A DNA stretch of 64,000 nt from positions 496,939-560,938 of the forward strand of contig RDOB01000003.1 of the NCBI GenBank assembly GCA_011364965.1. Direction: 5' to 3'. The notes below the pieces were generated by a model, which saw nothing but the letters and a program-made list of their open reading frames with translations, made no database searches and had not been told where the DNA came from. Shown here one piece after another: positions 37,876-48,458 of the stretch. This DNA comes from Candidatus Heimdallarchaeota archaeon. Its GTDB lineage: Archaea > Asgardarchaeota > Heimdallarchaeia > Hodarchaeales > Hodarchaeaceae. The position numbers and the translations under genes were made by a program. The first letter of the stretch is position 1. Every line of letters starts with the position of its first letter.

Positions 37876-39228
37876 TTGGATTTAATCATGAACGAGACTG
37901 ATCCCCCGTCATACCTCCAGAATTTGAGAAAAGTTTTCCAGTCACGAAATTATGTGGTAATTCTTCTTACAAACTATACGGGATCACTTTTTCTTGCAGC
38001 ATGGATATATCTAAATTTATTTTTTAGAGACGTCGGAATAAGCTATCTAGAATTAGGAATAGCAAACGGATGGTCAATGCTTATTGGTTTATTTTTCACT
38101 ATGATTGGGGGATATTGGGCAGATAAATACATTCATCACAGACGTTATATGGCCACTTTTAATAAATTCTTTATCGCTATAGCGATGTTATTAATGCCTT
38201 TTGTCGACACATTCACTAGCTTAGTATTTGTATGGACTGTTTTCTCATTTGCACAATTCTGTCAAGCATCCATTGATCCTATCCTATTTGAATCTTTACC
38301 AAAGGAACAGATGGGAACTGGTACGAGTCTTTTTACATTAACAGGAGTTTTTGGAGTCCTAGGCCTTGTTCTAGTAGGATTTTTGATTACTGATGGGTTT
38401 GTTGAAGGTCTTCGGACATTTTTTTTCATGGCGGGGATTGCGAGTATGGTAGATTTCTTCATTCGATTACGCTTTTTGGAGCAAATAAAGATAGATAATC
38501 TAGGGAAAATGAATAAAAAAAATGGACTGGCTCAAGATTTAATAATGCAGTATTCTACTGGACTGAAAGTAATGTTAGCAGCGATTCCGCTTTTATTCGT
38601 AGTATTTCTTTTAGATGTAGCCAGTGATATTAATTATCAATTCGCTCAAAATTTTTTTCTTAATGAAGAGGTAGGAATGAACTATAACACACTAAATTAT
38701 ACGATGATAGGGTCAACAATCTTGGGGATTTTAGGTGGATTAGCTGCAGGAGGGCTTCTAGATCGAACAACCAACGACGCTAAAATCATGTTTTTAGCAT
38801 ACTTTTTTTTACCATTTTCTATATTTCTACTATTCAATTCTCCTATATTACCTACTTGGATTAATTTTCAATCTAGTGAACTTTTATTGGCACTCATTTC
38901 TAGTACAGCTTTTATTGCGGTGGTAATCAAAGCAGGTAATGATGTTATATGGAGGACAATAGCATGGGGAGCTGTTGGAAGAAAATTACCTCGAGAACAT
39001 ACAGGAAAGGTAATGGCAATATTGGGAATGGCTATACAAACACTAGGAGTAATACTAAGCCCAATAGCTGGATTCATTTATGAACAGGAAGGAGGAGGAC
39101 GGTTATTGATTATCGCAATGGGAATAAACACTATTATTCTTTTTCTGTTACTGATTAGCTGGATAAGGAGTCGAAGTGAGTCGTACAAGCAAAAACAAGC
39201 TGCTTTACCAGTCGTGGGAGAAATTTAA
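37876..39228 (+). CDS. MFS transporter
   Basis: About 12 TM; GGYWADKY, ESLPKEQMG, GGLLDRT, LPREHTGK. Likely start ATG 37888. Confidence 0.88.
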   Translation: MDLIMNETDPPSYLQNLRKVFQSRNYVVILLTNYTGSLFLAAWIYLNLFFRDVGISYLELGIANGWSMLIGLFFTMIGGYWADKYIHHRRYMATFNKFFIAIAMLLMPFVDTFTSLVFVWTVFSFAQFCQASIDPILFESLPKEQMGTGTSLFTLTGVFGVLGLVLVGFLITDGFVEGLRTFFFMAGIASMVDFFIRLRFLEQIKIDNLGKMNKKNGLAQDLIMQYSTGLKVMLAAIPLLFVVFLLDVASDINYQFAQNFFLNEEVGMNYNTLNYTMIGSTILGILGGLAAGGLLDRTTNDAKIMFLAYFFLPFSIFLLFNSPILPTWINFQSSELLLALISSTAFIAVVIKAGNDVIWRTIAWGAVGRKLPREHTGKVMAILGMAIQTLGVILSPIAGFIYEQEGGGRLLIIAMGINTIILFLLLISWIRSRSESYKQKQAALPVVGEI

Positions 39229-39499
39229 ATGGAACTAGAGCTGAGAATGCTGAATTCAATAAATAAAAAAAGAACTCAAAATTAATTCAGAATCGGGTAC
39301 TGCACCAAAAAAAGGCAAATGTAACATCCTACCCAATACAATAGGATCCTTGTATTCATCATAAATATTTTTACAGAATTTTAGTATATCTGTTATAACC
39401 AGATAATTTATAGTAATTTTAAAAGCATTAGATATATCATCAGTTTTAAAATATCCACTGACTTCTATAAAGTATTTCACAAAGGTTTTCCTTCTGTTT

Positions 39500-39883
39500 C
39501 TATTCTAACGGTTGAGAGAGTTTATGAACAATCCACCAGCGCTTATCGATTTTCATTAGATTAAAGTAATCTAAATACCCAAATCTTTGATTCTTGATGG
39601 TTAACTTGACTTGAGCATTATTCTTGAAAATGTCGACATAATGAAACTCAGTAATCCACTTAAGACTGGAATCAACAGTATTAGGATCATACCAGCTGTA
39701 ATATTCCGTTTTATCAACGATTTTGAGATTATTATTCTCATCAAACATGAAAAATTTCCATTCAGGATGGAGGATTTTTTCATAGAGGTCAGGGTCAGCT
39801 ACAACGTGGCCTTCATGGTAGAAATTCATAATAGCTTTTTTAATTGACGCAATTTCATTAGCACTTGAAGAATCAGCTTTCAC
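39500..39883 (-). CDS. NTF2-like / lumazine-binding family protein
   Basis: VDIFKNNAQVKL...YLDYFNLMKIDKRWWIVHK. Confidence 0.8.
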   Translation of the reverse strand: MKADSSSANEIASIKKAIMNFYHEGHVVADPDLYEKILHPEWKFFMFDENNNLKIVDKTEYYSWYDPNTVDSSLKWITEFHYVDIFKNNAQVKLTIKNQRFGYLDYFNLMKIDKRWWIVHKLSQPLE

Positions 39884-40116
39884 TTTTAATACACCTTGAG
39901 TAAAGTGATTTCCAAAAATAATCCTTTGAGTTGTATTAAAATGATACTGTTTCGGTAAACATTATCGTTTCCTAAATTTAAAGAGAAAAGAGCGACATAA
40001 GGATTTTCACTCAAGATTAATACACACTTCCTAAAGTTTAAAAAAAAGTCTATTCTCCTTCTCTATTCATTTTTCAAATAATTATTTATTGATAATAAAG
40101 GAATTGGGGAAAAAAA

Positions 40117-40893
40117 ATGACGGATTATTTATTTAGAATTATTATGATTAGTTATATAGCAGTTCTAGGGATTTTTTTATATTTTTTTGCTCAAAGTCCT
40201 GCTGAATTAGATAAAACGGATAACCCTCGGCAAGCGTTAACAATAATCTTTCTTTTGTTTGTCTGTCAATTTTTATACTTTGCATTAAGTATCTGGGTTT
40301 TAACCCCTATCTTCGAAAACTTAGGAATCGACTATTATTATATTTCGACTATATTTTCCACAATATTTTTTCTAATCCTCCCCATTATTATCCTGACTTC
40401 CAAATCTCATGATAATTTCTCTTTAAAAGAGATAGGCTTCTCAGTCCGTCATCTAAACAAAAATCAAATATACGTTATCCTAATTGCATTTGCAGGTTAT
40501 TTTGTTTATGGAATCTTGCGGGTTCTCTTGTTAGCACCATCGGAATCATTTTGGTGGGTAATAATAGTCTTAATGTTGTATTCCAACGCATTTGTAGAGG
40601 AGGTTTTTGGTAGAGGTTTCATTCAGTTGAAATTAGAAAGAGTATACGGGATCAATCGTGCCCTCATTTTACAGACGCTCTTGTTTGTTCTAATCCATAT
40701 TCCAAGTAATCTATACCGATATATCCAGTATCCTGATTTATTGAACCTAATTATTAATTTCTTATTTCAAGCGATCCATGGAGTCGTTTATGGATTGCTT
40801 TATTGGAAGACTCGAAGTATTTATCCATCAGTGATTGTCCATTATCTTACGAATTGGATGGGGCCAATCTATTTCCTGATCGTTAATAGTTGA
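40117..40893 (+). CDS. CPBP (Abi / CAAX type II) intramembrane metalloprotease
   Basis: EEVFGRG, LFVLIH, KTRSIYPSVIVHYLTN. Confidence 0.9.
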   Translation: MTDYLFRIIMISYIAVLGIFLYFFAQSPAELDKTDNPRQALTIIFLLFVCQFLYFALSIWVLTPIFENLGIDYYYISTIFSTIFFLILPIIILTSKSHDNFSLKEIGFSVRHLNKNQIYVILIAFAGYFVYGILRVLLLAPSESFWWVIIVLMLYSNAFVEEVFGRGFIQLKLERVYGINRALILQTLLFVLIHIPSNLYRYIQYPDLLNLIINFLFQAIHGVVYGLLYWKTRSIYPSVIVHYLTNWMGPIYFLIVNS

Positions 40894-41386
40894 TTATCAA
40901 GAATAAATGTTGAGTAAAATGCCAAGTTATGAAAAAATTGACATAAATTTACTTGTTGATTCTTACAACAGGTAACATCTTCTGAAATAGTTAAACTCCG
41001 GACGAAAAAATAAAGACTAATCCCTGAATAGACAAAATTTTTTTCCCAGCACACCTATAGTAAAGAAGTGTCTTTGAGTTCCTGATTATAATCCTAAAAC
41101 TGATCTTATTATTTCTATAACCTTTGCCCAAAAGAATATAGACATATTAATTCCCAATGGAATGCTTACAGCGATAATGAGGGGGAAAAAAGTCGTGGTT
41201 TGAAATGTTGGGAAAAAGTAAATACAATTAATAGATACCAACCAATAGAGGATGTTAATAATGATACATATAATATATATAATATGCTATAACCAAAAAT
41301 AACCAAAATTCTGATTTGATTATTAATAAATAATGAGTTTATAACTAGTTATTGAGAGTATTATTGCTCTAAAATGGTGATAAATC

Positions 41387-42430
41387 TTGAAAATAATTAG
41401 ATTAAATCACTCAAGAAGTCTGGTAATCCCTTTGATACCTATCTTACTTGTTCTTATTACTAATCTAAGTGGATGTTTACAGAATCCGAGTAACTTTAAT
41501 CCAGAATATGCAATATTCTATGATCCATTAGATAAAACTCAAGAACAGATACGAGTAATAAATATGAATTCCTCAAGTAATACCTTTTATCATCAAGACC
41601 AAATTCAAATCCTCGTAGGATTGAAGGATACCAGAGGGAATCTAGGAGTTAATTATACTCTCATAGTTGAAGTTGTATATCTTATTGGCTATTATAGAGA
41701 TGTCAAGAATTTAACAGAAAAACTCGGGATCCAGTTGATAACAAACAAATCTGGGATTGCACAATCTATATTTACTTACAATCAATATACCTGGCCAAGA
41801 GGAGTGAATACACAAGGATATTTTGAAGTTTCAAGTCCAGAGATAGCAAATACCACAGCACACTCCACTACAAGACTGTTTACTTTTAAATATACAGAAA
41901 TAAATCGAAATTCGACAATGGAAGGAGGAATAGATGTAATCTTAAATTTTGAGTCCAGAAATCTAATTGAGGAGGCGCAATCGGCAGATAATGAAACGAA
42001 TGATTTTATGGATATGATATATCAGGGTGTATTTGTAGGAAGTGAGGTGATCATCAATAAATCAACAATCGAAACTTACTCATCATTAACGGGAGCGCCA
42101 GAGAGAATATTCATTTATAGAGCATGGACATATTATTTCGATACTTATAATCTTTCCTGCGTACAAATTGTATCCTTGGGAATAGAAAAACTTAGAATAA
42201 GGTTTTTTGATATCGATATAGATGGATATGATGACTATAACTGGATTTCCACGTCTCCACAATTACCAGAGAATATTCCTAATGGATGGCTTATAATTCA
42301 ATATATGTCTAGTAGTTATCGAACGAACACGCTAAATGGGTATGGATTTGTCTGGAATCAAGTCGCAATTATAAATGGAGAGCTGCAACTTCAATGGTTA
42401 ATCTCAAGAAGGTATGCATGGGAAAGCTAA
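41387..42430 (+). CDS. Hypothetical lipoprotein / secreted protein
   Basis: Hydrophobic signal ending in LSGC lipobox; several N-x-S/T sequons; GGTGA RBS. Confidence 0.6.
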   Translation: MKIIRLNHSRSLVIPLIPILLVLITNLSGCLQNPSNFNPEYAIFYDPLDKTQEQIRVINMNSSSNTFYHQDQIQILVGLKDTRGNLGVNYTLIVEVVYLIGYYRDVKNLTEKLGIQLITNKSGIAQSIFTYNQYTWPRGVNTQGYFEVSSPEIANTTAHSTTRLFTFKYTEINRNSTMEGGIDVILNFESRNLIEEAQSADNETNDFMDMIYQGVFVGSEVIINKSTIETYSSLTGAPERIFIYRAWTYYFDTYNLSCVQIVSLGIEKLRIRFFDIDIDGYDDYNWISTSPQLPENIPNGWLIIQYMSSSYRTNTLNGYGFVWNQVAIINGELQLQWLISRRYAWES

Positions 42431-42486
42431 ACTGTTTAGAAAATCTTAATCGTATTTTAGGAGTTCTTGTTTCCAATTTACCCTAG

Positions 42487-42660
42487 TTAATAATCATTTA
42501 TCTTAATAATGCTCCAAGCTATCTCACAGGCTTCGGTAATATGATTCTTGTCCATTTTAATCACACCCTCAAAACGAAAGTTAAGTAAAGTAATGATTGG
42601 ATAGAAAGTGAAAGAAGTGAAAAGTGGAAGCGGAAGATCTTTTATAATATGTTCTTTTAT
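42487..42660 (-). pseudogene. 3'-terminal relic of a TetR regulator homologous to 58802-59380
   Basis: Translates IKEHIIKDLPLPLFTSFTFYPIITLLNFRFEGVIKMDKNHITEACEIAWSIIKINDY*; 38/57 residues identical to the intact TetR C-terminus by manual alignment. Confidence 0.9.
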
Positions 42661-42785
42661 GCAATCAAATCAATGTAAACAAAATTGATAATAATGACCT
42701 AGAATTAATTTTATCAGCATCTTCTCTCACAATGTAACCATTTTCAAAGTTTCCTGTTATTAAGACCTAGTGAGCTGCAGTAGTA

Positions 42786-43879
42786 CTATCTTTGAAGCTC
42801 CATTTTAAGGTCAGGGGGGAGAGATGGTAGGTAAGATCGAAACTGGGTTTTGTAATCATGTATAGGTGTCTGTTCTGCCTCTAGAGAACCTAGTTCTCCT
42901 CTTTGGATTCTTTGGTATAGATTTTTGACTCTAAAGATCTGAGCTCGTGTGATTAGTAATACTTCGGGAGCTCTTGCAAGTAATAAGACCAAACCAGCTA
43001 ATATTATAGCTTATCTGACTGAAAATAATTGATGCCATTCAAAATCTTTAGCTAGGGCAAGTAAATTTGTTACATCAAAAAGATAAACGATTTCTAAGAC
43101 TATACTGGAAAAACCAAAGACAATCCAGAAGATCCTTGAAATTTTTATCTTTTTTGTTTTGGCTTCTGGTTTTGTTACAATATAATTATAAACAAGGAAT
43201 AGAGGGATAGCATAGCTTAAAACTTTATATGGCTCATAAAATCCAGAAAAAGTTTCAGGTAATAAAATCAATAAATGATATGCTGGGGAAATTAAATTAA
43301 ATAAAAATTGCGGATCAAACCAATATTCAAAGGGAAGTAGATCCAACCAGAGTAAGGTTCTACCAACAGGCCACTTCAAAAAACCCTGACAAATTATCTC
43401 ATATAACATCCAGATGATCAAAATCTTTAAAAGTATATGATATTCCCTCCAAGGTCTTAATTTGATAGTATAGATAATAAGGGCAATCATTCCAAGATAG
43501 AAATTTACATGAGCTATCATAATTTCTGGTTCAAGAAAATCAGTCCAACCAAGACTATAGTTAATTCCGATAGGAGAAAAATATTCTCCCCATAATTGCC
43601 AAAAAAATATAGCATAGTAGCTGTGCCAAAAATATAAACAATCAGGAGAAGATATTGAATGGAATAAGTAAATCGATAATAAAGTATTAATCTATATATA
43701 CAAAATCCCCCTAAAACTATTGTAAGTATATATGTAATCATATATATATCAGGAGTCCTGAAAAATAAAGGATTGACAAGAGATTCGAAATTTCGGAGAA
43801 TATTGGAGAATAAAGCACCAAAAGAGACAAAACCATATATATAGAACCCATAAAGCAAAGCTTGTTCAAATTTATCCAT
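42786..43879 (-). pseudogene. Multi-pass membrane protein, probably one gene broken by a frameshift and a nonsense codon
   Basis: ORF 42786-42992 is in frame with 43011-43520 across a single TAA (43011-43013). The 43011-43520 frame stays open upstream to a T7 run (A7 at 43601-43607), where it can join 43517-43879. Confidence 0.6.
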
Positions 43880-44169
43880 AGAGAGGACCCCTTTTCACCC
43901 ACCTGCGTATTTTTGTTAGTGGTAAAATCAGGGAAATGATATTGTTATACCAGTCGTTATTTAAAAAAATATTTCTTGTATTCGTTTCTCCTGTAAAAAT
44001 TTCGCTTTGAAGAATATTGATGAAATTTCTATCATGATTTCTTTAATTCGATATTGAATGGTAAAAATATGGGTGTACGGGTTTTATAGTCTATCTAGTT
44101 TAGACCTAGTACGATTAGATAAAGATTCAAGGTTGAGAAATATCGCTAAACTCATAAAAGAGGTTTCGG

Positions 44170-44658
44170 ATGGAACTAGTAATGCAAGATGTCTGGGAAA
44201 AAATTCAATCGATTCGTCAGAGTCGGAAAGATCCTGAGAAGTTAAATTTGTTACTCAATGAATGGGAAAGAGAGTTTGGTGCTGAATATAATCAGATAGC
44301 AGAGGAGCTAGTAGCAGAACATACCCGTGCTGCTTTTTCGAAATTTTCTTCCGAAAAAGGGCTTTCATCCTTAAATGATTTGATCAGGATTCTTTGGGAA
44401 CAATGGACTGATGGAGAATTTACTATTGAGAGAACTGAAACAACAGTCCAAATTTATTGCACAAAATGTCCAATAGCAGATACTTACAGGTCGATTCACC
44501 AAGAACAGTATGGCTTGATATTTCATTGTAACGAAGATCCTTTTATCGTCGAAGGGTATAATCCAAAAATAAAATTCAAGCGCACAAAAACGCTAATGAA
44601 TGGGGATGAGTATTGTGACCACTTTTACTCTCTAGATTTGACAAAAAAGGATAAGTAA
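44170..44658 (+). CDS. ATC-hydrolase-like (V4R clan) protein
   Basis: CTKCPIAD...HCNEDP...GYNPKIKFKRTKTLMNGDEYCDHFY. Confidence 0.85.
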   Translation: MELVMQDVWEKIQSIRQSRKDPEKLNLLLNEWEREFGAEYNQIAEELVAEHTRAAFSKFSSEKGLSSLNDLIRILWEQWTDGEFTIERTETTVQIYCTKCPIADTYRSIHQEQYGLIFHCNEDPFIVEGYNPKIKFKRTKTLMNGDEYCDHFYSLDLTKKDK

Positions 44659-45189
44659 ACAGACCATATCAACCTTAACAGAGCTATGGTGAACACATTT
44701 TGGTAGGGGATTCTTCATAACAGGTAATTCTAAATCTGGTTCCCCGTGGATTAATCTTTTTCATTTAACTTTGTTAGTAGAATGGCACCAATTGGAATTG
44801 AGAGTAATTTCGGGAGTTAGAAGCAGTAGAACTACGAAAAAACATGATACATATACAATCTGAGAATATATTTTATTTTTGTTTAACATATCATGTATCA
44901 TATTAATTTCTCGAACACAAACAGAGAAAAGCATAAGGTAAACGAACTAAAAGCAATTAGCTGATTAATAATTGACAGCAAAAAGACTGATAGTAATCTG
45001 CATATTAAAAAATCTTTAGTATAAGAAAACTGCTCTGTTGATCGCTTATATGTCCTTGTTTATAATAATTAAGGGACAAGATAAATTGTTAAGGAAAGGA
45101 ATATCCGCGACCTCAATTAGGGAATATAAATAGGAAAATGCTGTTATTGGAAGAAAAAATTAGAAGGATGAAGCTGGATTGGAATAACT

Positions 45190-46977
45190 TCATAGTTTTC
45201 TATAACGGATTAATGCAACACCGAAAGTTCCAGATACAAGAACCATTGCAACAAGAATTCCTCCTAAGAGATGAACTGGAAATTCTTTTAGCGGATAATT
45301 CGTTAAACTAGGGATTACACTCGAGTACTTAGGATCATGTATGATTCCATAACCATCCCAGTTAATGTAACATACAGAGTAATAATAAGTCCCTCCAATA
45401 AATGAATCATCAAATCCAAAGTCATCTGCAACACCTGCTTGATGATAAATATCCCTACCAAAAGCCCACATAGGTACAATTGCAATACCTACCTCGTATT
45501 CATTGTTATCCTTAATCCAAGTATAGATATTTTCAATTTCTACAGCAACGGGGGTAAACTCAAATTTCTCACTCTCAGAGCTAATTTTAAATTCAAAAGT
45601 TTGATCCCAATCACTAGAATTGTATACAGCTTCATCCGAGGACATAATCTCACCAGATTCTGCATTAGCCAATGTTAAGTCATAGGATTGAGGATTATAC
45701 GAGAATACAGACGACCAGTAGTTAATAGCTAGACTTAATTCCTGAAATTCAGGAGAAATCTCCCCTGTGTCACTATCTAGAAAATCGCCAACGATTTGAT
45801 CTACTTTTAACAGAGCTAAATTATCAACAACACTGAAACGAAACTTGAACTCAATCTCAGGTATTAAGACCTCAATGATCACTGGTTCATATTCTACAGG
45901 TGATTCATTCAGAGGATCAATAGACTCAATCATCCAAATATTATTAGACCAAAGCTCCGCATAAATATTAGTGAGTTTAATCGCCCAAACAATCTGATTA
46001 CTATCAACATATGGCAATACAACTTCTGATAGTGTAGAATTAACCAACCAGACCTCAAATACTAGTTCAGAAATGTCTGCCCTATACACTCCAGCAGGAT
46101 CAGTTGACAACGCCGTCTCTGCTAGCTCTCCTAGAGCATAATAACTATCGTAGGAAATATCAATAATTCCATTCTTATTTGAGTCATTAAAGATTGAAAA
46201 ACCCTCAAAGAAATGCTGGATCTCAAACGGGAAGTAGGTGTCTCCACCAGTTAATCTCAACAAACTTATTTGATAAACTGAGAAGCCAAACATTGAATAA
46301 CAACCACGATCTTCATAAATAAAACTCTCATTGTACCATGAAGCCCATTCATATTCAGGTGCAAGAATAACATCCACTGAATTTACGGGTTCATCAAACT
46401 CATTAAACCAAGTATAATTCTCCTGAATATAGTACTCATAACCCCATTCAAAGGAATAAATTCTCGTAGAATAGTATACTTCATCACCTGTGTAACTAAT
46501 AGGATCTACTTCCCAGATGGAACTTGTAGAAGAGAGATTAGTAATGAGAGATTGATCAGGATCGACAATAGTCTCCACAACAAACTCGGTTGAATTCCAA
46601 GATCCAGTCCAGTCCCAACGTGAATCAATATGAATATTATAAGCGCTTCCGTTAACATCATAGACTATTATCTGGTAGGGATCCCGGATCGGGCCAGTAG
46701 TGGGGTCAGGTTCACTAGGATCGACAGAAATCGTAGCTGTACTTGCATTTTCATATTTCTCTATCCAATTTTCTTCATAGGTTTCACTTAAGTTGTACCA
46801 GGAATAACGGACAAAGATACCAGGAAGCATCTCTTCAAAATTGCTGTTAGAAATCGATAAATGAGAAGGATCTGTGAAATTTAACAAAAATCCATTACAA
46901 GTTGTTGTGGAAGCAAAAATAAATAACAGAATAAAACTCCCAACTGTCGATATTGACAAAATTTTTCTTCGTTCCAT
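45190..46977 (-). CDS. Acidic secreted/surface glycoprotein with C-terminal TM anchor
   Basis: Start ATG 46977 after GGTGA; signal peptide; DSNKNGIID Ca-binding-like loop; IIHDP motif; terminal TM followed by RYRKL. Confidence 0.75.
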   Translation of the reverse strand: MERRKILSISTVGSFILLFIFASTTTCNGFLLNFTDPSHLSISNSNFEEMLPGIFVRYSWYNLSETYEENWIEKYENASTATISVDPSEPDPTTGPIRDPYQIIVYDVNGSAYNIHIDSRWDWTGSWNSTEFVVETIVDPDQSLITNLSSTSSIWEVDPISYTGDEVYYSTRIYSFEWGYEYYIQENYTWFNEFDEPVNSVDVILAPEYEWASWYNESFIYEDRGCYSMFGFSVYQISLLRLTGGDTYFPFEIQHFFEGFSIFNDSNKNGIIDISYDSYYALGELAETALSTDPAGVYRADISELVFEVWLVNSTLSEVVLPYVDSNQIVWAIKLTNIYAELWSNNIWMIESIDPLNESPVEYEPVIIEVLIPEIEFKFRFSVVDNLALLKVDQIVGDFLDSDTGEISPEFQELSLAINYWSSVFSYNPQSYDLTLANAESGEIMSSDEAVYNSSDWDQTFEFKISSESEKFEFTPVAVEIENIYTWIKDNNEYEVGIAIVPMWAFGRDIYHQAGVADDFGFDDSFIGGTYYYSVCYINWDGYGIIHDPKYSSVIPSLTNYPLKEFPVHLLGGILVAMVLVSGTFGVALIRYRKL

Positions 46978-47206
46978 AGCTTTTTCACCACAGAATAGGA
47001 AGTAGTTCCTTATCCTCTTATCATACTTATTCTTAATATAACTACGCATCAAACTGCTTATTTTGTGTTCAGAACAATTTCTGATCATTTAAAGCGTGGG
47101 AGGTTAAATATGTTTTACTCTCCAAAGAACGTTTTGCATCGTTCATTAAACACTCAGACTTACATTTTATGCCAGTGCATAACACATCAAAGTTTAATTC
47201 TCTTAA

Positions 47207-47785
47207 TTAAGACTTCGGATCATTAATCAAAAAAACCACGTTTGTTTTACCTTTTTTCTGACGTTTAACTATACCTTTCTGTTCCAGTGAAGATAAATTT
47301 GAACTGATAGTTGATTTACTTAACGAACACCCCTCCACCAACTCATGTTGAGCTATTTCAGAAGAAAATTGTCGTAAATAATTAATAATTCTCCACTCTA
47401 TGGCTGATAAGGTCACAATAGTAATTCTATCAACAGGCATATTGGATATGCCCCCTGCAAGACTGTTGTTGGAAATTAAAATGGAATTAGAATTTTTCGC
47501 AAAATCTGAAACAGATGAAAGGTGAGTAGTGGATGGTTCGGTTAAGATTTGCACTTGATCCTTTTTCTCTAATTCTAATTTAAGTGATTTGATAATTAGA
47601 AGAAAATTTAGAATTAAAGTAGCAATAGCTGTTAAAAGCAGAATTGTAGCGATCATAAAAAGGAGAAACCATTCAGAAATGAATGCAAGATACCATAGAA
47701 CAACACTGAGAAGGAAGAGAATACCACTGATAACTACTAAAAGAAAATCAACAATCGAGGTATTAACACTAATATGTTTGGGCAT
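47207..47785 (-). CDS. Membrane-anchored winged-helix transcriptional regulator
   Basis: Two N-terminal TMs; LSAIEWRIINYL...IAQHELVEGCSLSKSTISSNLSSLEQKGIVKRQKKGKTNVV. Confidence 0.82.
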   Translation of the reverse strand: MPKHISVNTSIVDFLLVVISGILFLLSVVLWYLAFISEWFLLFMIATILLLTAIATLILNFLLIIKSLKLELEKKDQVQILTEPSTTHLSSVSDFAKNSNSILISNNSLAGGISNMPVDRITIVTLSAIEWRIINYLRQFSSEIAQHELVEGCSLSKSTISSNLSSLEQKGIVKRQKKGKTNVVFLINDPKS

Positions 47786-47899
47786 GTATTCACCGAGTTA
47801 CGGTTAAATTTAATATTAAATAATGATCATTTAAACTATCTTTCTGAAATTTAAGTTCATTGAAAAGAAAAATTAATATGAAAGCAAAGCAATCTTCTT

Positions 47900-48007
47900 C
47901 CATCGAGTAGCTGCCAAACAACAACAGATCAAACAACCGCTTTTAGCAACATGATGATATTATTAGTAACCGTAATTGGATTAACACTCCTTCGGAAAAA
48001 GATCTGA
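47900..48007 (+). pseudogene. Relic C-terminal surface-anchor segment (Thr-rich linker, TM, basic tail)
   Basis: PSSSCQTTTDQTTAFSNMMILLVTVIGLTLLRKKI* with no upstream gene body. Confidence 0.55.
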
Positions 48008-48265
48008 ACCACCTGCTCCATAAGCTGATGTATCACCAATAATTAAATACCCTCCATCCGCTGTTTGAAAAATTGAGTTCCTTGATTTATAAGAATTGCC
48101 TTCAAAGGTTTTATTACACTCAAGATTGCTATTTAAATCATTTTTCAACAGTAGTACATCCTAGATTGGACTTATTGTAGAATATACCCCTGAAATAGCA
48201 AATCCACCATCATTTGACCTTACAATATCATAACCTTGATCAACTCCTTTCCCTCCAAAAGTATA
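48002..48265 (-). pseudogene. Internal relic of a secreted beta-propeller repeat protein
   Basis: YTFGGKGVDQGYDIVRSNDGGFAISG...*DVLLLKND...SIFQTADGGYLIIGDTSAYGAGGSD, with an internal TAG at 48161-48163. Confidence 0.75.
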
Positions 48266-48458
48266 TCCTATGACTTTAAATTCCACCCTCTTGATAATAA
48301 TTTACGTCTATAACCGTATTTACTAAAGAATTTGAACTTAGAATTATAATTAATGCCCATATACACTAAACTTACTTTTCAAACTTATCAAGAAAAAAAA
48401 TTTATTTTTAAAGCTCATTTGAAATCAGATTGAAAAAATCAAACGAAGTTGATACATT

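Noticed and set aside
39256-39480. 74-aa ORF downstream of the NTF2-like gene
   Set aside because: No RBS or motif recognised; cannot tell gene from relic.
43011-43013. Possible programmed read-through (Sec/Pyl) of the in-frame stop
   Set aside because: The codon is TAA, not TGA or TAG, and no recoding element is evident.
44842-44904. Imperfect inverted repeat ATGATACAT...ATGTATCAT as a MITE or terminator
   Set aside because: Single copy, short AT-rich arms, no target-site duplication.
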